Below are positions 47,375 to 53,253 of a stretch of DNA of 53,253 nt, piece after piece; within the stretch, counting starts at the first letter, position 1; the number at the start of each line of letters is the position of its first letter. The stretch lies in the sequence record PQ632788.1; one strand, written 5' to 3'. The notes under the pieces are model-generated. The model worked only from the letters and a program-made list of their open reading frames with translations, was not told the DNA's origin and searched no databases. The stretch is from Pseudomonas phage Luminis. The position numbers and the translations under genes are program-made.

Positions 47375-50197
47375 GTGGCCGAAGAACGCATTGACATAGT
47401 CATCACTGAACGAGGTTCGCGTGTCGTTCAGCGAAACCTGGAGGACATCGGCAAGTCCGGGCGAGGAGCCGCGGGCGGGGTGGACTTCCTCAAGAACGCC
47501 CTGGCCTCCCTGGGCGCGTACCTGTCTGCGCGCGAACTCGTGCGCCTGCTGGACACCTACACCAACCTCCAGAACCGACTCCGGGCGACGGGCCTTGAGG
47601 CCCAGAACCTCGGGGCGGTGTATCGGTCGCTGCTTGACGTCTCGAACTCCACCCGCCAGTCCCTGGAGGGTACGGTGGAGACGTACAGCCGACTGGCCAA
47701 CAGCGCGAAGGACCTGGGCCTGTCGCAGCAGGAGCTGATCGACTTCACGAAGTCGCTGAACCAAGCCATTGCCCTGTCCGGCGCGAGCGCGGGCGAGGCT
47801 CAAGCTGGTATGATCCAGCTGGCCCAGGGCCTCGCCTCGGGCGTCCTCCGCGGCGATGAACTGAACTCCGTCCTGGAACAGCTGCCGACCGTCGCGGACG
47901 TGATCGCCAAGCAGCTGAACGTGACCCGCGGCGAACTCCGTCAGATGGGCCAGGATGGCAAAATCAGCGCTGATATCATCTTCGACGCCTTCAAGAACGC
48001 CCGGACGGAGCTGGAGGAGCGGTTTGCCAAGTCCGTCCCGACCATCGGCCAGTCCTTCCAAGTCCTCCAGAACAACGTGGTGGACCTGGTTGGTAAGTTC
48101 GATGAGGCGACCGGCGCGAGCGAGCTGCTGTCCAAGGCGATCATGTTCATCAGCAATAACCTGGACACCATCGCCAAGGTCCTCCTGTCGGTGGGCGCGG
48201 GCTTCGTGGTCATCGCCGGAGGCGCGGCAGCGTTCAACGCCGTCCGCACCGCCGTTATCGCCCTCAACGCCGCCATCGCCGCGAACCCCTTGGGCGCATT
48301 CCTGATCGTCCTCACCTCCGTGATCACCGCCCTGACCCTGTTCCGGGACGAAATCAAGCTGGGGATTGACGACACGACCACTCTGGGCGATCTGATGCGC
48401 GCCGCCTGGGAGGACATCGGCCCGATCATCACCGGCCTCGCCAATACGGTCGGGGAGTTCTTCAACTGGCTGACCGGCTCCGCGGCGACGGCCTATGAGA
48501 ACATGACCGACCAGGCCGGGGCCAGCGTACAGAACCAGGAAGCCTGGTGGTTGAAGCTGGTGCGCACCGTCCTCCAGGTGTTCGACATGATCGGCGGGAC
48601 GATCCGGGGCGTGATGCGCGGGGTCCTCAATGTCGTGGGCTCCGTCATTGACGCGCTGATGAACAACTTCCGCCAGCTCGGGAACGCCCTGAAGGCCGCG
48701 GTGGACCTTGACGTGGACGGCCTGAAGGCCGCAGTGACCAGCAACATCGAAGGTTGGAAGGCCGTGGGCGCCAACATCGGCACGAACTTTGAGGAAGGCT
48801 TCCGCCAGGAAGTCCTCGCCCAATCCGAAAGCGGGCTGGAGGCGATGCTGGACAGCTGGATCGAACGCGCCCGCGACATTTCCAAGGAGCGGGTCGCCGC
48901 GGCTCAAGTCGAGACGCCGGACCTGGGCGGCGGGGGTGGTCGCCGGACCTCCGGGAAAGGCGATGAGGAGGCGGCCAAGGCCCTCAAGAAACTCCAGGAT
49001 GAGCTCAACCAACTGGTCGGGTCCTATGACCGTGTCTGGGCGGCTCAGCAGGAGTACGCCAACGCCCTCGCCTTGCTCGACAAAGCGGAGCGTGCGGGCC
49101 TGATCACCGCGGAGCGCAAGGCCCAGGTCCTGGCGCTGATCGAGGAGCAGCTGAAGGACTCCCTGGACCCGATGGGCGCGATCAACCGCCAGCTGGAGGA
49201 GGAGCGCGAGCTGCTGCGCCTCACCTCGGAGCAGCGCGAGGTCGAACAGCAGTTGCGCTACATCGAACAGGACCTGCGCTATCAAGGCATCATCCTCGGG
49301 GAGCAGGAGCTGAAGCAGCTCCGCGAGAAGCTGACCCTGATTCAGGCGGAAACCCGGGCGGCGGAAACCCGCAACCAGGTCCTTCAGGCTATCCTCGGAC
49401 CCCAGCAGGAGTTCACCGCCCAGCTCACGGCGATTAACGAGCTGCTGGCCGCGGGGGCGATCACGCAGGCCCAGGCAAACCAGTTCCTGGTGGAGTCCAA
49501 CGCGGACCTTCTCGCCGGTACGGTCGAAGCCCAGCAGGCGATGTTGTCGCAGTATGAGCAGATGTACGCGCGGATTGATGAGATGCGGCAAGCCGACCTC
49601 ATCAGCGAGCAGACCGCCCAGCAATTGAAGGCTCGGGTTCAGGCGCAGATCACTGAGCAGAACCTGTCCACCCAGCGCAACTTCTTCTCCACTCTGTCCG
49701 GGCTGTCCCGGTCGGAGAACAAGAAGTTGGCGGCCATCGGTAAGGCCGCGGCGATCACCACCGCTACCATCGACGGCGTGCTGGCGGTTCAGAAGGCCCT
49801 CGCCTCCGCTCCGCCCCCGGCCAACTACGCCCTCGCGGCGGCGACCGGCGCGGTGGCGGCTGCGAACGTCGCCCAGATCATCGCCCAGACGCCGGGCTTT
49901 GCCTTCGGCGGCGACTTCACCGTGGGCGGGACGGGCGGGACGGACTCGCAGCTGGTCGCCTTCCGTGCTACGCCTGGAGAACAGGTGTCCATCCGTACTC
50001 CGACCCAGGAGCGGGACGAAGCGCGTCAGGGTGGTGGCGAGGGGCAGCAGGGCGGTGGGTCCGCGATCCGGGTTGTGAACGTGATCGACCCGAACCTGAT
50101 GCAGGACTACCTGACCAGCTCCTCGGGCGAGCGGGTCCTGCTGAACGTGATTCAACGCAACGCTGGCGCGGTACGCCAGGTTGTGAACAACGGCTGA
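47375..50197 (+). CDS. Tape measure protein
   Basis: 940 aa. Coiled-coil-rich. Hydrophobic central segments. Follows the G/GT pair. Confidence 0.85.
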   Translation: MAEERIDIVITERGSRVVQRNLEDIGKSGRGAAGGVDFLKNALASLGAYLSARELVRLLDTYTNLQNRLRATGLEAQNLGAVYRSLLDVSNSTRQSLEGTVETYSRLANSAKDLGLSQQELIDFTKSLNQAIALSGASAGEAQAGMIQLAQGLASGVLRGDELNSVLEQLPTVADVIAKQLNVTRGELRQMGQDGKISADIIFDAFKNARTELEERFAKSVPTIGQSFQVLQNNVVDLVGKFDEATGASELLSKAIMFISNNLDTIAKVLLSVGAGFVVIAGGAAAFNAVRTAVIALNAAIAANPLGAFLIVLTSVITALTLFRDEIKLGIDDTTTLGDLMRAAWEDIGPIITGLANTVGEFFNWLTGSAATAYENMTDQAGASVQNQEAWWLKLVRTVLQVFDMIGGTIRGVMRGVLNVVGSVIDALMNNFRQLGNALKAAVDLDVDGLKAAVTSNIEGWKAVGANIGTNFEEGFRQEVLAQSESGLEAMLDSWIERARDISKERVAAAQVETPDLGGGGGRRTSGKGDEEAAKALKKLQDELNQLVGSYDRVWAAQQEYANALALLDKAERAGLITAERKAQVLALIEEQLKDSLDPMGAINRQLEEERELLRLTSEQREVEQQLRYIEQDLRYQGIILGEQELKQLREKLTLIQAETRAAETRNQVLQAILGPQQEFTAQLTAINELLAAGAITQAQANQFLVESNADLLAGTVEAQQAMLSQYEQMYARIDEMRQADLISEQTAQQLKARVQAQITEQNLSTQRNFFSTLSGLSRSENKKLAAIGKAAAITTATIDGVLAVQKALASAPPPANYALAAATGAVAAANVAQIIAQTPGFAFGGDFTVGGTGGTDSQLVAFRATPGEQVSIRTPTQERDEARQGGGEGQQGGGSAIRVVNVIDPNLMQDYLTSSSGERVLLNVIQRNAGAVRQVVNNG

Positions 50198-50206
50198 GGA
50201 TGAGAC

Positions 50207-51727
50207 ATGGCAAACGAAATCGGAACCGCGACGAACTTTGAGGACTTCTTCAGCAAGATCGTCTCCTTTCTTACCACGAATGCGACCCTGGTGGCGGATG
50301 GTCAGGCTTGGCAGGCGCTGCGCGTCCGCCGGGACAACATCGCCACCCATACCAGTAACCTGACGGACCCTACTGCCGTCGCCGCGCGGAAGATGATTCA
50401 CACGTTTCGGTATGACCCGCGAACTCTGAACACGAACAACCCCGCCGATAGTGGCGCAGGGGCCGCTTTCTACGCCTCGAACCTATCCGTGGGGGTCAGC
50501 TTCAATTCGTGGGAAATGAGGACAGCCCGCGAAGTCAAGAACGTGCTGATCAAGTCACATCCGACAAACGGCACGTACAACGGATATGCCCCGCGGTCCT
50601 TCCGCCTTCAATACTCGGACAACGGCACTTCCTGGACTACCGCCTTGACCGTAACGAACACACCCGCCTTTTCCCTCGGGGAGCGGCGGTTGTTCGCGGT
50701 TCCTGGAACTCCCGGGGCTCATCTTCACTGGCGTATTTTGTGGGATGCCGTCCAAAGCGGAACAACGTACATTTCCTGGTCCGAACTCCTCCTGCTGGAG
50801 GCGGACGGAACCGTGGCCAACCACTTCGGCTCGGAGGTCATCCTGAAGGCCCTGGGCAACTCCGGTCTGGATGAAATCTACACGGGAATCAGGTCAGAGT
50901 ACGACAGCGCCGCAGGCTGGTACAACCTGTTCATGAACGGATACACCGGCTATGACGCAAATGAGATGTCTTGGTTCAACCAGCCCGGCGCGCTGTACCA
51001 GTTCGGGACTCAATACCCGCTCGCCGTCCCGATGGTCCCCCTGTGGAACGCCGCGATGCCCTATTGGTTCGTGGCCTCGGGCCGCTCCTTCCGGTTCGCT
51101 GTGAAGGTATCGACCAGCTATGAGGGGGGCTACTTGGGCTTCATCCTGCCGTATGCTACGCCCAACCAGTTCCCCTACCCACTGGCGGTCGGGGGGTCCT
51201 TGGTCCCGCAGGACAACGTCCGTTCTGCGGAGTGGCGCTATTCCTACGCGAACTGGCGCCACGGAGTGTATCCGGGACCTGGCAACGACAGTTATGCGGC
51301 GAACGAAGGCCGTTGGGCTACCCTATACCTGCGCAACCCGGACGGGGAATGGGCGTACTTCGGGAACCGGGGCGACTCGAACCCGCAACCGGAGGACTTG
51401 TATGGGCCGTCACAATCCTACAGCATCCCCTTCTCGCCGTCCGGCGGCTGGCGCTCCGTCTGGCCCCACTGCATGAACGACCAATGGACCGCAGGCAAGC
51501 TCCCATACCGCGATTGCTTGGGCGGCGGGTACGTCCTTCAGCCCTGCGTCCTACTCCAGCGGGCTCCCTTCGCTCAGGTGTTCGGGGAGCTGGAGGGGAC
51601 CTTCAGCATCAGCGGGTATCAGAACGCCGCGGAGAACACGACAACCTATAACGGCAAGACCCACGTGGTATTCCAGCACGCATACCGGAACTCAGTCCAT
51701 GAGTTCTGGGCCTTGTCTATGGACTGA
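50207..51727 (+). CDS. Distal tail / tail tip protein
   Basis: N-terminus MANEIGTATNFEDFFSKIVSFLTTNA is paralogous to the next gene. Confidence 0.55.
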   Translation: MANEIGTATNFEDFFSKIVSFLTTNATLVADGQAWQALRVRRDNIATHTSNLTDPTAVAARKMIHTFRYDPRTLNTNNPADSGAGAAFYASNLSVGVSFNSWEMRTAREVKNVLIKSHPTNGTYNGYAPRSFRLQYSDNGTSWTTALTVTNTPAFSLGERRLFAVPGTPGAHLHWRILWDAVQSGTTYISWSELLLLEADGTVANHFGSEVILKALGNSGLDEIYTGIRSEYDSAAGWYNLFMNGYTGYDANEMSWFNQPGALYQFGTQYPLAVPMVPLWNAAMPYWFVASGRSFRFAVKVSTSYEGGYLGFILPYATPNQFPYPLAVGGSLVPQDNVRSAEWRYSYANWRHGVYPGPGNDSYAANEGRWATLYLRNPDGEWAYFGNRGDSNPQPEDLYGPSQSYSIPFSPSGGWRSVWPHCMNDQWTAGKLPYRDCLGGGYVLQPCVLLQRAPFAQVFGELEGTFSISGYQNAAENTTTYNGKTHVVFQHAYRNSVHEFWALSMD

Positions 51728-51740
51728 GGAGAACTGATCA

Positions 51741-52736
51741 ATGGCTTATGAAACCGGGTCCGCGACCGGACCGAACGACATGTTGATCAAGCTGCGCGAC
51801 TTCGCCACGGCCCAAGGCTGGACCGTGAACCGCGACGTGGCTGCTGGCTCCGGGCGGGAACTTTGCCTCAGCAAGGGTACAGCCTATTTCAACCTGCGCA
51901 GCTACCAAAATGAAAACGTCACCATCAACGGTTCGGGGGCCGCAGGTCGCTACGGGATCGCCATCAACGGCTCGGATGGTTACGCCGGAGGCTCCGCTTG
52001 GGATCGCCAGCCCGGCTACCCTCTGCGCACGTCCTCCTCGGGCGGCGACCAGGGACACGCTAACCTGCCCCTGCCGATCTACTTTGGGCCGTTCCCGTCC
52101 TACCACCTATTTGCGCCAGACAGCAAGACCATCTACCTGGAGCTGGAGGTGGCATCTACCATCTTCCAGCGCCTGGGCTTCGGCTCACTGGACTTGTTCA
52201 ACCCGGCGGCTCCGGGCGGCGGGCGGTTCTTCTACGCTACCGGGGGCGAGCACCCCTCCACGTCCACCGGGAGCAACACCTGGCTTGGTTCTGAAATTGA
52301 CAACGGGAGTCGCTCACTTGAGGAGGTCCCCTTCAGGGCCGCAGACTACACCATGAACAACGGTCACAGCGGCTCCTTTTTGAGGGCTCAGTTCGATTCC
52401 TTCGACAATTGGTGTGGTTCGGCGCGGTCAGCAGCGAACACCCACATGTTCCAGGCTTGCCAAGGTGGCGGGGTTCACGATAAAGTATTGCGGGACTATT
52501 CGCCCAACCCCCTGAACGGGGTCGGGCTTCTCCTCCCCAATATTGTCTCTGTGAACCGCAACAGTGAGTTCCTGAGTCCGGTCGGGGTGGTCCCGGGGAT
52601 GCGGTACATGGACATGACCCTGTACCAGCCGGGGGAGGAGTTCAGCCTTGGTCCAGATACGTGGAAAGTGTTTCCCTGGTACCAGAAAGGCGGACGGAGC
52701 TGGCAACGTGGGATAGCGTACAAAAAGGTGACTTGA
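51741..52736 (+). CDS. Tail protein, paralog of the previous gene
   Basis: N-terminus MAYETGSATGPNDMLIKLRDFATAQG. Confidence 0.55.
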   Translation: MAYETGSATGPNDMLIKLRDFATAQGWTVNRDVAAGSGRELCLSKGTAYFNLRSYQNENVTINGSGAAGRYGIAINGSDGYAGGSAWDRQPGYPLRTSSSGGDQGHANLPLPIYFGPFPSYHLFAPDSKTIYLELEVASTIFQRLGFGSLDLFNPAAPGGGRFFYATGGEHPSTSTGSNTWLGSEIDNGSRSLEEVPFRAADYTMNNGHSGSFLRAQFDSFDNWCGSARSAANTHMFQACQGGGVHDKVLRDYSPNPLNGVGLLLPNIVSVNRNSEFLSPVGVVPGMRYMDMTLYQPGEEFSLGPDTWKVFPWYQKGGRSWQRGIAYKKVT

Positions 52737-52737
52737 T

Positions 52738-53253
52738 ATGGCGGTGATTACCACTAACGCCTTCGTGGGGATCGACACCCAGCGGGGGCCGTCTGTGGAC
52801 TGGTCGAACGGCCTGGACTCCTTCGTCTGGGCTGACCAAAGTCCTCCGTTGGTGACTCCCGAAGTCTCCGCGACGGTCTATGGTCCGCTGACCGACAACC
52901 TCCCCATCAGTGAGCCTGAATACAGCTTCCCGTCCTGGCGGGGCATTAGCTTCCTGGACGACTACTACAACCGCATCCACATCCGCCCCTCGAACGTGAA
53001 TGTGGGCAACCTCGTGAGTGAGCAGCAGTTCGCAATCGAGGTGTGGAACGGCTTTTTCAATAGCCGACAACTCCAGAATATCCAAGTTCAGAACGGCGGT
53101 GGTATTTCCCTTGTGGGGGCCGTCCCGCCCGCGACCTGGGCGGCTCTGGAGACCAAGACCTATCAGCTGACCGTCACCACAGACGGCCCGCCCGACATCA
53201 ACGCCATCTTCCGTTTCGATTGGGACGGAACGGCGGACGACGCCAACTTGACG
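52738..53253 (+). CDS. Tail protein, 5' partial (continues beyond the window)
   Basis: ATG 52738 after GGTGA. Open to the window end. Absent from the ORF track because it has no stop. Confidence 0.5.
   Translation, partial: MAVITTNAFVGIDTQRGPSVDWSNGLDSFVWADQSPPLVTPEVSATVYGPLTDNLPISEPEYSFPSWRGISFLDDYYNRIHIRPSNVNVGNLVSEQQFAIEVWNGFFNSRQLQNIQVQNGGGISLVGAVPPATWAALETKTYQLTVTTDGPPDINAIFRFDWDGTADDANLT

Overview
This is a GC-rich (about 62-64%) 53 kb window in which every credible gene lies on the + strand. It is tightly packed with overlapping start/stop junctions (ATGA, GTGA, TGATG) and reads as a near-complete genome, or very large block, of a tailed dsDNA phage with a long non-contractile tail (siphovirus-like). 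Gene order: (1) 1-20.6 kb is a replication and nucleotide-metabolism module. It holds a Dda/RecD-like helicase, a class II-type ribonucleotide reductase, a UDG-family protein, a family A DNA polymerase, dCMP deaminase, a primase/SF3-helicase, and a cluster that looks like a DNA thymidine-hypermodification pathway. That cluster comprises a P-loop kinase, two paralogous unknown proteins, a PLP-dependent enzyme, an SPL-like radical SAM enzyme, a divergent ThyA-family enzyme, an HD phosphohydrolase and a DUF3310-like protein, and is interrupted by an HNH homing endonuclease. (2) 20.6-32 kb holds about 30 small genes, including a MazG pyrophosphatase, a protein-kinase-like protein, a DEDDh exonuclease, a TraR/DksA zinc finger, a GGDEF-domain protein and an ArdB/KlcA-like antirestriction protein. 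They are driven by a phage-specific promoter that recurs five times almost verbatim. (3) 31.9-32.6 kb is a roughly 660 bp non-coding region with direct repeats and an AT-rich microsatellite. (4) 32.6-53.2 kb is the structural and lysis module: TerS, TerL, portal, a GIY-YIG endonuclease, a Mu-F-like head protein, scaffold, major capsid, embedded Rz/Rz1 spanins, holin, a transglycosylase endolysin, connectors, the major tail protein, G/GT chaperones with a -1 frameshift, tape measure, and paralogous distal tail proteins. No rRNA, tRNA or CRISPR array was found. The long minus-strand ORFs in the track are antisense artefacts of the high GC content. Protein family calls rest on motifs read by eye; no database search was run.
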